From Spirochaetia bacterium (GTDB taxonomy: Bacteria > Spirochaetota > Spirochaetia > DSM-16054 > Sediminispirochaetaceae): 64,000 nucleotides of DNA. Positions 8,357-20,613 of the stretch are shown here, in pieces (the first letter of the stretch is position 1; every line of letters starts with the position of its first letter). Position numbers and translations under genes: made by a program. The DNA is taken from NCBI GenBank assembly GCA_034520965.1, contig JAXHMY010000001.1, positions 576,001-640,000 on the forward strand, written 5' to 3'. The notes beneath the pieces are model-generated. The model was not told the DNA's origin and did no database searches. It worked only from the letters and a program-made list of their open reading frames with translations.

Positions 8357-9955
8357 ATGAGAAAACTACTTGTTTTCCTGCTCATGGTCTCTCTTGCCGT
8401 TACTGCGTTCGCAGGCGGACAACAGGACGAAGGCCAAACAGCCGAAGCAGCTCAAGAAGAGCCTGCAGAATTTATTCTTGTAAACGGTACGGAGCCCGAA
8501 ACCCTCGACCCGCACCTGATCTCAGGAGTTCCTGAGCATCGCATTTACATGGCAATTTTCGAAGGTCTTACAACCTACGATCCTGAAACAGCCGAACCGG
8601 TTCCCGGATTGGCCAAAAGCTGGGACGTAAGCGAAGATGGAACGGTTTACACCTTCCACCTGCGTGAAACTACCTGGAGCGACGGTGTACCTATCACCGC
8701 ACAGACCGTTGTGGATTCATGGCTGCGCATGCTGGCCCCCGAAACTGCTGCACCCTATGCATGGTTCCCAAATATGTTTATTGCCGGGGCTGCAGAGTAC
8801 AACGCCGGCGATGCCGATGCTGATGCTGTAGGGGTTGAAGCGGTTGACGACTATACCTTCCGCCTCGAACTGGTTGGACCACTTCCCTACGTACTGGGCG
8901 CCCTGCCGCACTACTCGTTTGCAGTTGTTCCCATGCACACAATTGAAGAATACGGCAGCAATTGGACCTCTCCGGAGAACTTTGTCGGAAACGGCCCCTT
9001 TACCCTTGAAGAGTGGAAACCCCAACAGGAGATCTCTGTGGTACCTAACGACACCTACTGGGACGCCGACGTTGTCAGCCTCGACCGGGTAGTCTATCTG
9101 CCGATCGACGACAACAATACCGGGTACAACATGTACCTCAACGGCGAAGCCGACTGGATGACCACTGTTCCTCTAGATCAGATGGATTCCGCCAAACTTC
9201 GTGACGATTATCACAACGCACCCTATCTGGGAACTTACTACTACACCATCCAGAATGAAAAAGATCCCTTCGATGATGCACGAGTGCGGAAAGCATTGGC
9301 AATGTCCTTTGACCGAAAGACTTTGGTTGAAAAAATTACTAAGGGCGGTCAGGTACCGGCAACTTCCATGGTTCCCGATATGGCCGGTTATCCGGGTGTC
9401 GAAGGCAATGGAATGAATGTTGAAAAAGCTAAAGAACTCCTGGCGGAGGCCGGCTACCCGAACGGCGAAGGCTTCCCGGAATTCGAGATTCTCTACAACA
9501 CCAGTGAAGCTCACAAGAAGGTTGCCGAATACATACAGGAACAGTGGGCGGAAAACCTCGGTATCGAATGCGAACTGGTAAACCAGGAATGGTCCACCTG
9601 TCGTCATCAAGCCGACGACAGGGTGACTTCCAGGTTGCACGTGCAGGCTGGATCGGAGACTATCAGGATCCCAATACCTTCCTCGATATGTTCCTCACCG
9701 GCGCTGCCATGAACGGTGGTAATTTTGAAAATGAGCGCTATGACGAGCTGATAAACCAAGCGGCCCGAATGCCCGCCGGCGAAGAGCGGTTCGAAGTACT
9801 GCAGGAAGCCGAGAGCATTTTCATCGACCAGGAACAGGGTGTTATTCCCATTTATCACTACACGCACCAACAACATGATCAACCTCGACGAATGGGGCGG
9901 ATGGTATGTAAACACCATGGACTATCATCCTCCCAAAGACATCTATAAAAAATAA
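8357..9955 (+). CDS. oppA: Oligopeptide ABC transporter substrate-binding protein (frameshifts at about 9600 and 9865, probably sequencing errors)
   Basis: EPETLDPH, FEGL, VPGLAKSW, GNGPF; continues in other frames as ARAGWIGDYQDP and ...MDYHPPKDIYKK*. Confidence 0.92.
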
Positions 9956-9971
9956 TAAAAATCATCCTTAC

Positions 9972-10004
9972 AAGCCGGCAGTTCGCTGCCGGCTTTTCCC
10001 TTTT
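9972..10004 (+). terminator. Intrinsic terminator or attenuator after oppA
   Basis: AAGCCGGCAG-TTCG-CTGCCGGCTT followed by TTCCCTTTT. Confidence 0.85.
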
Positions 10005-10073
10005 CTTTAGAATATTTTTTAGGCGACGGTACCATACGCTTTTACCTGCGCCATGTGGAGTTTGGAGAAAACC

Positions 10074-11004
10074 ATGACGAAATACATTATAAGACGCCTG
10101 ATAGGACTGATTCCCACGCTCTTCATTGTGGTAACTATCAGTTTTTTTCTCATTCGCATCGCCCCAGGAGGGCCTTTTGATGCTGAACGGCGCCCCCCGG
10201 AACAGGTTATGCAGAACATCGAAGCAAAATTTAACCTGAATGCGCCGCTGCACATGCAGTATCTCCGCTACATGGGAGATATAGTACGTGGAGATTTAGG
10301 ACCATCCTTCCGTTATCAAGACCACGATGTAAATTTTTATATTGCCAATAGCTTGCCTAATTCCCTCCTGCTCGGTTTTGTTGCTCTGGGCTTAGCTCTT
10401 ATAGCAGGAGTTAATGCCGGAGTTTTATCCGCCCTCAATCAAAACAGCTGGATTGATTATGTAGCCATGGCAATTGCCATAATCGGTATAACGGTTCCCT
10501 TATTCGTTATTGGACCGGTACTGATGTACTTTTTTGCCTTGCGATGGGATCTTTTGCCGACCTCAGGCTGGATTACCGGCAGATACGGCTGGATCACCAT
10601 CCTTAATGCCCGCCATTACCTTATCTATGCAGCCCTTCGCGACCATAGCCCAGCTTTCCCGCGCCAGTATGCTCGAAATGCTGCGCAGCGATTTTATACG
10701 AACAGCCCAGTCGAAGGGCCTCAGAGATTCGGTTATTATAAGACGGCACGTACTCAAGGGCTCACTGCTGCCGGTAGTCAGTTATGTCGGCCCTGCCTTT
10801 GCCTCTATAGTAACCGGCTCGGTAGTGGTAGAACAGATTTTTCGCGTACCCGGCCTGGGGAGGTTCTTTGTCCAGTCCGCACTGAACCGTGATTACACCT
10901 TGATCATGGGGACGGTAATTGTGTATTCGGTTATATTAGTATTGATGAACTTTATAGTCGATATTATCTACTCGTTCCTCGATCCGCGGATTACATATAA
11001 ATAG
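10074..11004 (+). CDS. oppB: Oligopeptide ABC permease (frameshift at about 10606)
   Basis: YIIRRL, APGGPF, GDLGPS, DFIRTAQSKGL, FLDPRI. Confidence 0.92.
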
Positions 11005-11015
11005 GGAGTTGAACC

Positions 11016-12308
11016 GTGAGCACCAATGAAAACAAGAAAGAGAGCCGTCTACAAGCGGGGCTGCAGTCCACTAATGAGTTCAATCAACCGTTAAAGGGAA
11101 ACAGTCTATATAAAGATGCATGGCGCCGGCTTAAAAGAAACAAAATGGCCATTGCCGGATTGATTGTGGTAGCTCTTTACAGCCTGATTGCACTTTTAGC
11201 ACCGGTTCTTCCGATCTACTCTTACAAAGAGCAGCAAATGAGCCATATCCATCTGCCGCCCTCCTTTTCCGAAACTGCGGGCGAGCAGATGCTGGAACGA
11301 AAGATTATTGAACTCACCACGCTGGCAGCCAAGGATGGACGTGTCGAATGGACCGAAGAGGACCAGAGGCTGATAGACCAGACAATCGAAGAGGCCCGGG
11401 AAAGATACACAGATCCCTCCTCCGCCGGCGGTGAAAAACTTACTCGAAAGGAGAAGGATGCAATTGCCGATGCCGAGCGCTCTGTGCGACGGGCACGGCG
11501 TGACATCGCTGTTGAAGAAGGCCGGGTAAGCCTCAACGAAGAAGAAAAGGCCGAGCTGGAAGCAATGCACCGGCAAATAGCTTCTGAAACAGAGGTAATC
11601 GACGGCGAAGAGGTTAAAGTGCATGAGCGCAGGTACCTCTTTGGAACCGATTATCTGGGACGCGATATGCTGGCCAGAACTATCTGGGGCGGCCAGATGT
11701 CGATTGCCATCGGGCTGATAGGTGGAATAACCTCTGTGCTCCTCGGCCTGTTTTTCGGCGCTATTGCCGGCTATGTGGGCGGTAAAACCGATTATATCAT
11801 TATGCGTATAGTCGACATCATGTACAGCATGCCGTATATGATGCTGGTGATAATTCTAATGGCCCTGTTCGGCCGCAGTATCCTGCTTATGTTCCTAGCC
11901 CTTTCTTTAGTAAGCTGGCTTACGGTCGCCAGGGTGGTACGTGGACAGATCATATCTCTAAAGAACTCAGAGTATGTTGAAGCGGCCCGTTCTATGGGCG
12001 CAAGTTCAACCAGAATTATTTTCCGGCACTTGGTCCCGAATACTTTTGGAATCATTATTGTATATACTACCCTAAGGATTCCCGTATTTATTCAGATGGA
12101 AGCGTTTCTCTCCTTTCTAGGGCTCGGTATTTCAGCCCCTTATGCATCCTGGGGTTCTCTAATCGGAGATGCGGTAGAGGGGATGCGGGCCTACCCCTGG
12201 CGCTTGTTCTTTCCAGCCATTGCTATGACAATCTTCCTGTTCGCCATGAACTTTCTAGGCGACGGACTGCGGGATGCATTCGATCCGCAGAGTAAAAATA
12301 AACTGTAA
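11016..12308 (+). CDS. oppC: Oligopeptide ABC permease with a long extracytoplasmic insertion
   Basis: AWRRLKRNKMA, FGTDYLGRD, EYVEAARSMGA, NFLGDGLRDAFDP. Confidence 0.95.
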   Translation: MSTNENKKESRLQAGLQSTNEFNQPLKGNSLYKDAWRRLKRNKMAIAGLIVVALYSLIALLAPVLPIYSYKEQQMSHIHLPPSFSETAGEQMLERKIIELTTLAAKDGRVEWTEEDQRLIDQTIEEARERYTDPSSAGGEKLTRKEKDAIADAERSVRRARRDIAVEEGRVSLNEEEKAELEAMHRQIASETEVIDGEEVKVHERRYLFGTDYLGRDMLARTIWGGQMSIAIGLIGGITSVLLGLFFGAIAGYVGGKTDYIIMRIVDIMYSMPYMMLVIILMALFGRSILLMFLALSLVSWLTVARVVRGQIISLKNSEYVEAARSMGASSTRIIFRHLVPNTFGIIIVYTTLRIPVFIQMEAFLSFLGLGISAPYASWGSLIGDAVEGMRAYPWRLFFPAIAMTIFLFAMNFLGDGLRDAFDPQSKNKL

Positions 12309-12330
12309 GTTTCAAGAGAGGAACGACTAC

Positions 12331-13323
12331 ATGAGTGAAGAAAAGCTACTACAAGTCGAAGACTTGAAGACATACTTTAAAACCGACGAAGGGACAGTAA
12401 AAGCGGTCGACGGAGTCTCCTTCTCCTTAGGACGCAAGGAATCGCTGGGAATCGTAGGAGAATCCGGTTCCGGTAAATCGGTGACTAACCAGTCATTGCT
12501 GCGCTTAATCCCGTCACCTCCCGGCAAAATAGTGGGGGGAAGTGTAAAACTGGAAGGGGTAGATATCCTAAAACTGCCTAAATCGAAATTAAGGAATATC
12601 CGTGGGAACAAGATCTCTATGATCTTTCAAGACCCAATGACCAGCCTTAACCCCTTTTTAAAGATTTCCACCCAGATGATCGAAACAATTATGCTTCACC
12701 AGCATGAAGATAAAAAAACCGCACGGGAGCATTCAATTGAAATGCTGCGGATGGTGGGCCTCCCTAAGCCGGAGAGGCGCATCGACAACTATCCGCACCA
12801 GTTCTCCGGTGGTATGCGACAGCGCGTAATGATCGCAATGGCCCTCAGCTGCAAACCCCAAGTGCTTATCGCCGACGAGCCGACTACCGCGTTGGACGTG
12901 ACTATCCAAGCCCAAATTCTGGAAATTATGCAGGACTTGTCCGATCGTCTCGGCACCGCCCTAATAATGATTACCCACGACCTGGGAGTGGTGGCCGGAC
13001 TGTGCGACCGAATTGCGGTTATGTACGCCGGTCGAATTGTAGAAGATGCGGACACCGAATCGCTGTTTGAAGAGCCGAAGCACCCCTATACCCAGGGACT
13101 AATAAGCTCTGTACCCCGTCTGGACAAAAAAACCGGCAAAAAGCTGTCGTCTATTCCTGGACAGCCACCAAACCTTATCGACCTGCCGGATTGCTGCCCC
13201 TTTTACCCCCGCTGTCCACACGTCATGGATATTTGTAAAATAAGTATCCTGTCGAGGTGAAGCGAGGTAAAAACCGAAGCCGGCTCATCCACCCGCAGAG
13301 TCAGTTGCTGGCTCTATTCATGA
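12331..13323 (+). CDS. oppD: Oligopeptide ABC ATPase (frameshift near the 3' end at about 13245)
   Basis: [39 protein letters not shown]; tail VSCWLYS* in another frame. Confidence 0.93.
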
Positions 13324-13336
13324 GGAGTTTGAATAC

Positions 13337-14359
13337 ATGAAACATGATGTGTTACTAGAAACAAAAGATCTTAAAATGCACTTCCCGATCGAAGATGGAA
13401 TCACTTTTGAACGTAAAGTCGGGGCAATCCGAGCTGTGGACGGGGTGGACCTTACCCTGCGTAAGGGAGAAACCCTTGGCGTTGTCGGTGAATCGGGCTG
13501 CGGTAAATCTACTACCGCCCGCGCAATTTCTCAGCTGTACCAGCCTACTTCCGGTGAGGTAATTTTTGAGGGTACCGAACTGACGAAACTTAGCCAATTT
13601 GAGCTGTTAAAGACAAGACGTCAAATTCAGATGGTGTTTCAAGACCCGTATGCTTCACTTAACCCCCGGATGATAGTAAATGATATTATTCGTGAGCCCC
13701 TGGACATCTACCGGAACCGCCGGCTGCTGGATATGGACCGCAAAGAAATGGAAGCAAAGGTAGAGGATCTGATGGAACGGGTCGGCCTCTCCCGTAACTT
13801 CAAAAACCGGTATCCCCATGAGTTCTCCGGAGGTCAGCGCCAGCGCATCGGCATTGCCCGTTCACTGGCGCTCAATCCGCGGGTAATTCTGGCGGATGAG
13901 CCGGTCAGCGCCCTGGACGTGTCTATACAGGCTCAGATTCTGAATCTGTTCCTCGAGCTGCAGGAAGAGTTCGACCTCACTTATATGTTTATTGCCCATG
14001 ACTTATCGGTAATTGAGTACGTCAGTAACCGGGTTGCCGTGATGTACCTTGGAAAAATTGTGGAAATTGCCGAGAGCAAGAGCCTCTATAAACAGCCCCT
14101 GCACCCCTATACCAAGGCGCTGTTCTCTGCAGCTCCGATTCCCGATCCAAAGGTAGAGCGTACCCGGAAGCGGATTGTACTGGAAGGGGACGTTCCCGCC
14201 CCGGATCAAGAGCGCTTCGGCTGTTATTTTTATGACCGTTGTCCGCACCGGATGGATGTGTGTAAAAAGAATGTTCCGGAACTACTCGATGTGGATACCG
14301 ACCACAAGGTAGCCTGCTACCTCTATTTTACCCAGGAGCAGAAGTCTCGGCTGAACTAA
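13337..14359 (+). CDS. oppF: Oligopeptide ABC ATPase
   Basis: [34 protein letters not shown]. Confidence 0.96.
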   Translation: MKHDVLLETKDLKMHFPIEDGITFERKVGAIRAVDGVDLTLRKGETLGVVGESGCGKSTTARAISQLYQPTSGEVIFEGTELTKLSQFELLKTRRQIQMVFQDPYASLNPRMIVNDIIREPLDIYRNRRLLDMDRKEMEAKVEDLMERVGLSRNFKNRYPHEFSGGQRQRIGIARSLALNPRVILADEPVSALDVSIQAQILNLFLELQEEFDLTYMFIAHDLSVIEYVSNRVAVMYLGKIVEIAESKSLYKQPLHPYTKALFSAAPIPDPKVERTRKRIVLEGDVPAPDQERFGCYFYDRCPHRMDVCKKNVPELLDVDTDHKVACYLYFTQEQKSRLN

Positions 14360-14368
14360 CAGCTCCGC

Positions 14369-14386
14369 CGCCTAAACCATTAGGCG
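14369..14386. terminator. Hairpin between convergent genes
   Basis: CGCCTAA-ACCA-TTAGGCG. Confidence 0.45.
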
Positions 14387-14397
14387 TAAGCCACCGT

Positions 14398-14943
14398 TCA
14401 AACTTCTGAGTGGTAGGGAATACCCATGAAGTCGGAAATTTCGGCGGCCTTGCTCTGCAGGGCCGCCCTGTTTTTGTTCTCGGTTATTTCAATGTCCTTT
14501 TTCTCACCGCTGTTGAAAACCAAACTGAGAGTAAGCAAATCCTTCTGAAAAAAACGCCTTTTCTTTATCTGACCGGAGCCTTCCTGCTGGGAGTCTCTCT
14601 GGCCGACGGGAACACTTCCGGTGCGGAAGGCCTTCACCTCCAAACTTTCAATATCTGAAACGGAGTAATTCTTACGGACGGCAATTAGCAAGAGCCCGTG
14701 CCGATGCTCAACCAAGCCATCATGCTTGTGAAAGTACCAGCTTTCATTGTACAGGGCTATCCCTGCAAAAACCACAATTAGAATCGTGGGGACCAGACCT
14801 CCCCCCTCTTGCGAAGTACTTACCTGCATGCTCGCAAAGATAATGGCTGCAAAAACAGCAAATGCCGCCCTAAAACCCCAATGCAGTTTTAGGGCAAGGG
14901 TCTGTCCATCAAGTTCTTTTATTGCAAATGTCAGTTTGAACAT
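14398..14943 (-). CDS. Hypothetical 2-TM membrane protein
   Basis: Two hydrophobic helices then a beta-rich soluble domain; overlaps the upstream gene by 13 nt. Confidence 0.7.
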   Translation of the reverse strand: MFKLTFAIKELDGQTLALKLHWGFRAAFAVFAAIIFASMQVSTSQEGGGLVPTILIVVFAGIALYNESWYFHKHDGLVEHRHGLLLIAVRKNYSVSDIESLEVKAFRTGSVPVGQRDSQQEGSGQIKKRRFFQKDLLTLSLVFNSGEKKDIEITENKNRAALQSKAAEISDFMGIPYHSEV

Positions 14944-15878
14944 GTTGTATCCTCGACATCTACACTTAGAGAATAACGACGTCCAAATTCCCGGAAGCCC
15001 CGCTCCTCTAAATCGTCCTGCAGAAATAGGGTCTTTCCAAGCAGCTCAATTACAATCTGGCTAACCCCGTTCCTGGCGGCGATTTCTGTGGCTCGGTCTA
15101 TAAACAGGCGCGAAAGCCCTAGTCCGCGAAATTGGGGCTCAACATAGATATACCGCAAATCCAATACTGTACTGTATTGTGACGCAACATAGGTACCCAG
15201 GATACAGCCGGCGAACTCTCCCAGGGGCGTCTCGGCATACAGGACCTCTTTATGTTCATCCTCCCGGCAGCCATTCAATTCTGTATCAAGCAAATAATCT
15301 TTCAGCGCCACAGAAATGTCCTGTACCGATTCATTTTTGGCCTTGATAGCCGTCTCTTCAATTTTGTCTTTCCATCGCCCCATTCCACTCTGGATGAGAA
15401 AATCGCTTAACACAAGATCTTCTGTTTCCTCCGGTTCTTCGCTCAGTCGACTTAAGGCTACCGAATCGGTGACAGCTGCATACCAATCCCACACCACTTG
15501 ACGCATCTCCCGCTCTTTAAAGGTAAACCACTGCCGTTCCAGGGGCTCATACCGCTTCAATACATCCTTAAAACGGCGAAAGACACCGCGCCCGCCGTTC
15601 AAGGCATCCCGCATCTCCTGCCGGTAAATAGGGTTTTTGATAAATGCAACAAAGCGCTCCATTAAATAGAACCCGTCAACGGGACGCCAATTCGGCAGGT
15701 CAACAAACCGCTCTTCACTCTCCTCCTGCTCCGTGACAACCGATTCATTGGAGTGAACTAAAACTCCCTCTTTGAGATCAAACAGATAATCCGCCTGTTG
15801 ATTCTCCATTCCGAAGATTATCTGGTCGATTACCTCTTCTGTCAGCTCCGCCGGACGGATTTCTTTATTCTCTGCCAT
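14931..15878 (-). CDS. UPF0158-family domain fused to a GNAT acetyltransferase domain
   Basis: GFYLMERFV...ALNGGRGVFRRFKDVL (UPF0158-like); YIYVEPQFRGLGLSR (GNAT motif A). Confidence 0.8.
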   Translation of the reverse strand: MAENKEIRPAELTEEVIDQIIFGMENQQADYLFDLKEGVLVHSNESVVTEQEESEERFVDLPNWRPVDGFYLMERFVAFIKNPIYRQEMRDALNGGRGVFRRFKDVLKRYEPLERQWFTFKEREMRQVVWDWYAAVTDSVALSRLSEEPEETEDLVLSDFLIQSGMGRWKDKIEETAIKAKNESVQDISVALKDYLLDTELNGCREDEHKEVLYAETPLGEFAGCILGTYVASQYSTVLDLRYIYVEPQFRGLGLSRLFIDRATEIAARNGVSQIVIELLGKTLFLQDDLEERGFREFGRRYSLSVDVEDTTCSN

Positions 15879-15892
15879 ATGTACTGATCTCC

Positions 15893-17593
15893 TTATTTGG
15901 GAAGAACTTCATTCTTCTGTAATTCCTTCATTGTTTCCTCAACTTCCTCAATTTTAACCAGCCGGCTCTGTCGAGTGTAGCGATTATAAAACTCTACTGT
16001 ATCCTCGCGGTTGCGTTTTGAAGATAGCACAATTCGATAGGGTATACCCAGAAGCTCCGCATCCTGAAATTTTACCCCCGGGGACTCTTTACGATCATCT
16101 AAAAGAGTGTCTGCATGAAATTTTTCGTATATGTTATCCACTTTTTGCCGTACTGAGTCGCTCTTACCAATGCCCATTAAAAAGAACCGGTACGGTGCCA
16201 ATTCGCTGGGCCACAGGATGCCCCGTTTATCGTGCAGTTGCTCTGCAATAGCTCCCATAAGACGACCGATACCAATACCATAAGAGCCCATAAAGGGATA
16301 AACCTTTTTGCCATTCTCCTCTTGAAAATAGAGTCCCATGGAGCGGGAATAAAAGTCCTCCAGTTTAAAAATATTACCCAACTCCAATGCCCGGATTTCT
16401 TGCAATGAACCACCGCACTGAAGACACTTGTTCTCAGGCTTTATCATGGAAATGTCCGCCACATGAGAGGACTCAAAATCACGTCCAAAGTTCGCATTTT
16501 TTAGATGTACCCCCTCTTTATTTCCGCCGATTACCAAATTAGTAGATTTGGCTACCGTACCGTCCACTACCAGCGGCATAGAACTGTTCAGATCAATCGG
16601 GGAAAGATATCCGGGAACAAACCCTAGCCGCTCAACATCCTGCTGGTCGGCCTTCTCAAGAACCGGCTCACCCAGAAAGCGGGCAAGCTTCTCTTGGCTC
16701 ACCTCGTGATCTCCTCTGACCACAGCCATCACCAAGCCACTCATGGTTTTAAAGATCATTGTTTTTGCCAGCTTGTGTTTCTCGACCCCAAGAAAGAGTG
16801 CAAGCTCTTCCATTGAAGTGCAGCCGGGAGTATCAACCGACTCAAGCTCCAGGGGAGTATCGGTATGAAAATCTTTAAGTCCCATCGCTACGCTTTTGTT
16901 AGCCCGATACCCACATTGAGGGCACTCAACCAGCAGGTCATCTCCAATACTGCTGGGAACCATAAACTCAAAGGCCTTCTCCCCCCCCATATAGCCGACA
17001 CCAGATTCAGCAGGCAACACATCCAGACCACAACGCTCAAAAATTCGCTGATATGCTGCAAATACCTTAGGAAAAAAATTATTCAAATCCGAAGCAGAAC
17101 GATGGAAAGAATAGGCGTCTTTCATCAGAAACTCTTTTGTGCGAATTAGGCCGTTTCGTATACGCTCTTCGTCTCTAAATTTTATCTGAAACTGATACAT
17201 AAAGGCGGGCAAATCACGGTAAGAACGAAGCCCCATGCGCACTAGGTCAACAAAAGCTTCTTCGTGGCTGGGTGCTAATACCATATTGTGGCCGTGGCGA
17301 TCTTGAAACCTCACCATATCATTGCCCACCAGCCGGTCCCGCCCGCTCCTGTGCCAAAGCTCAATCGAGTTTACCAGAGGGACACTAACCTCCTGACCAC
17401 CTAAGGCCTCTATCTCCTCACGTATAATCCGTTTGATATTCCGCACTACCCGGTTTCCAAGGGGCAGGTAAGAAAAGAGGCCGTTCCCATTGGAACGAAC
17501 AAATCCACCGCGAAGTAAAAAGGCGTAACCCTCACTCTTTACCCCATGATGCACGTTACGCAATGTTTTCCCGAATAGCTGAGTATATTTCAT
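15893..17593 (-). CDS. proS: Proline--tRNA ligase with INS editing domain (divergent)
   Basis: FSYLPLG, PSHEE, YQFQIKFRDE, EFLMKDAYSFH, VRGDHEV, MGSYGIGIGR, DDRKESPGVKFQDAELLGIP. Confidence 0.92.
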   Translation of the reverse strand: MKYTQLFGKTLRNVHHGVKSEGYAFLLRGGFVRSNGNGLFSYLPLGNRVVRNIKRIIREEIEALGGQEVSVPLVNSIELWHRSGRDRLVGNDMVRFQDRHGHNMVLAPSHEEAFVDLVRMGLRSYRDLPAFMYQFQIKFRDEERIRNGLIRTKEFLMKDAYSFHRSASDLNNFFPKVFAAYQRIFERCGLDVLPAESGVGYMGGEKAFEFMVPSSIGDDLLVECPQCGYRANKSVAMGLKDFHTDTPLELESVDTPGCTSMEELALFLGVEKHKLAKTMIFKTMSGLVMAVVRGDHEVSQEKLARFLGEPVLEKADQQDVERLGFVPGYLSPIDLNSSMPLVVDGTVAKSTNLVIGGNKEGVHLKNANFGRDFESSHVADISMIKPENKCLQCGGSLQEIRALELGNIFKLEDFYSRSMGLYFQEENGKKVYPFMGSYGIGIGRLMGAIAEQLHDKRGILWPSELAPYRFFLMGIGKSDSVRQKVDNIYEKFHADTLLDDRKESPGVKFQDAELLGIPYRIVLSSKRNREDTVEFYNRYTRQSRLVKIEEVEETMKELQKNEVLPK

Positions 17594-17594
17594 A

Positions 17595-17631
17595 TTGACC
17601 CCATAATACTTTGCACAAAATATGGGGTCAA
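17595..17631. promoter_or_regulatory. Symmetric promoter and 11-bp inverted repeat upstream of proS
   Basis: TTGACCCCATA-N15-TATGGGGTCAA; minus strand reads TTGACC-N17-TATTAT-N9-ATG. Confidence 0.65.
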
Positions 17632-17791
17632 GCTCTTATGACCCGTCCGTTCTAAAGTCCAAGTTAAAGTATAGGCTTTACTCTCCTCTTGACCTTAAAA
17701 ATTTTGTATCTGAATTTTTACTTAAATTTTTCAAATTTAGAACTCCCGTCTTGATTTTCTTTTGAATAAATAAGATAGTACAGCTATCTAA

Positions 17792-19129
<1,338 letters not shown>

Positions 19130-19164
19130 GGGCCTTTCAGAACTAATCTCACATTTTGTAAGAT

Positions 19165-19202
19165 AGAGCTGCCGATTACATATACGGCAGCTCTTTTTTT
19201 TG
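19165..19202 (+). terminator. Intrinsic terminator after eno
   Basis: AGAGCTGCCG...CGGCAGCTCT followed by a T-run. Confidence 0.9.
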
Positions 19203-19282
19203 TGCGGCTTTTAGGTTGAGTTTTTAGGACAGCATTTTATGGTGGGTATCCTGTGGCTCAAAGTCCATTCTGCGGCTCCGAG

Positions 19283-19576
19283 TCAATAGGCAACTGAAAA
19301 CTGGGTATATTTTCCGGTATAAGCTGTGCGATTTACATTTACATTTACAATATGGGCGCTGGGCGGCCCCTTGTTACACCACTTGATGAATTCATCTACC
19401 CGTTCACGGTCACCCTCACAGAACACAGTAACCGAACCGTCATACTCATTTTTTACCCAACCCGTCACATTGTATCGCCGGGCAGCTTTTATGGCGGAAT
19501 AGCGAAAGCCCACACCCTGTACCCGGCCTTCAATGTTGATTTTACACGCTATTTTTCTGTTTTCTTCCGTCTGCAT
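19283..19576 (-). CDS. acyP: Acylphosphatase
   Basis: GRVQGVGFR, GWVKN..DGSV, GPPSA. Confidence 0.95.
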   Translation of the reverse strand: MQTEENRKIACKINIEGRVQGVGFRYSAIKAARRYNVTGWVKNEYDGSVTVFCEGDRERVDEFIKWCNKGPPSAHIVNVNVNRTAYTGKYTQFSVAY

Positions 19577-19586
19577 ATTACAAACT

Positions 19587-19940
19587 CTATGGAAACAGCT
19601 CTTCTATTCGACTAGCTAACTCTTTATAGTCAAATGGTTTGTACATAACTTCAAAGGGTATGGAAAATTCGGGACGTAAAAAGCCGCTGGTTATAATTAC
19701 TTGCTTGTCACTACAGAAACTAGCAAGAAATTTGATCCAGTATTCGCCTCCAAAAATATCCATACGGTAATCGGAGATTATGACTGCTATATCATGATCT
19801 AACAGCTGCTTTATTGCACCCACTCCATCGGAGGCAACCAACACGGAGAAACCATGATTCTGCAGGTAATCCCGTAGAGTGAGCCGTATTGCATCCTCAT
19901 CTTCAACAATTAGAATGTATTTAGTCTGTTTTTCAGCCAT
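19587..19940 (-). CDS. Stand-alone response-regulator receiver protein
   Basis: ILIVEDE, IISDYRM, ITSG, KPF. Confidence 0.88.
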   Translation of the reverse strand: MAEKQTKYILIVEDEDAIRLTLRDYLQNHGFSVLVASDGVGAIKQLLDHDIAVIISDYRMDIFGGEYWIKFLASFCSDKQVIITSGFLRPEFSIPFEVMYKPFDYKELASRIEELFP

Positions 19941-20545
19941 CAGACCCCTCGCACGGCCAAAAGGTCCTGCATCGTCTTGGTAAGATTGTCAAAATCGAGG
20001 GGTTTAGGAAAAAAGGCATCTGCCCCTTCTGAGAGTATCTTCTCTCCTTCACTCTCTTCATCTAAGCCGCTAATTGAAATAATGAGAGGCGAGGCCAGAT
20101 TCGTATCACTTTTAATTTTCCGACACAAGGAGTGGCCGTCTATGCCCGGAAGATCAATATCAAGAATAATAACCGAGGGTTTTTCTTCACTTAGAAGACG
20201 TCCGGCTTCGAAACCGTCAAAGGCTTGATACACGCTGTGTCCATCAAACTTCTTTTCCAGGATGTTTTTAAGCATTTCGTTGAGGTCCTGATCATCATCC
20301 ACGATGAGAATCTTCTTGCTTTTCTGCCCTGTTATTTCCAGCAGCTCGCCAGGTACGCGCATACCACGGCTCTCCAGAAACTCAAGCAGATCCTCAGCAT
20401 AGATACGGTATTGTCCGCCCGGTGTAGTGAATGCCTTGAGATGGTTGTTTTTAATCCAGTTAATTGCGGTTTGATTCACAACTCCGCAAATGTTTGCCAC
20501 TTCAAGCGCGGAGAAAATTCTTACCTTTTTTCCATTTTTTGCCAT
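19940..20545 (-). CDS. Response regulator with an N-terminal excisionase-type HTH and a receiver domain
   Basis: VANICGV..TAINWI..LKAFTTPGGQYRI; ILIVDDD, LDIDLPGIDG, KP. Confidence 0.88.
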   Translation of the reverse strand: MAKNGKKVRIFSALEVANICGVVNQTAINWIKNNHLKAFTTPGGQYRIYAEDLLEFLESRGMRVPGELLEITGQKSKKILIVDDDQDLNEMLKNILEKKFDGHSVYQAFDGFEAGRLLSEEKPSVIILDIDLPGIDGHSLCRKIKSDTNLASPLIISISGLDEESEGEKILSEGADAFFPKPLDFDNLTKTMQDLLAVRGV

Positions 20546-20585
20546 TTTGTATCCTCTCTTTTTTTACACCAATCAGATATGAATC

Positions 20586-20613
20586 ATTGTAACAAAAATA
20601 TCCAATATGTCAA
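20586..20613 (-). promoter_or_regulatory. Sigma70 promoter of the response-regulator pair and acyP
   Basis: TTGACA-N16-TACAAT with an extended TGn. Confidence 0.65.

Noticed and set aside
9590..9620. Programmed frameshifting or phase variation in oppA and other split genes
   Set aside because: No consistent slippery or repeat motif at the breaks; the pattern fits long-read indels
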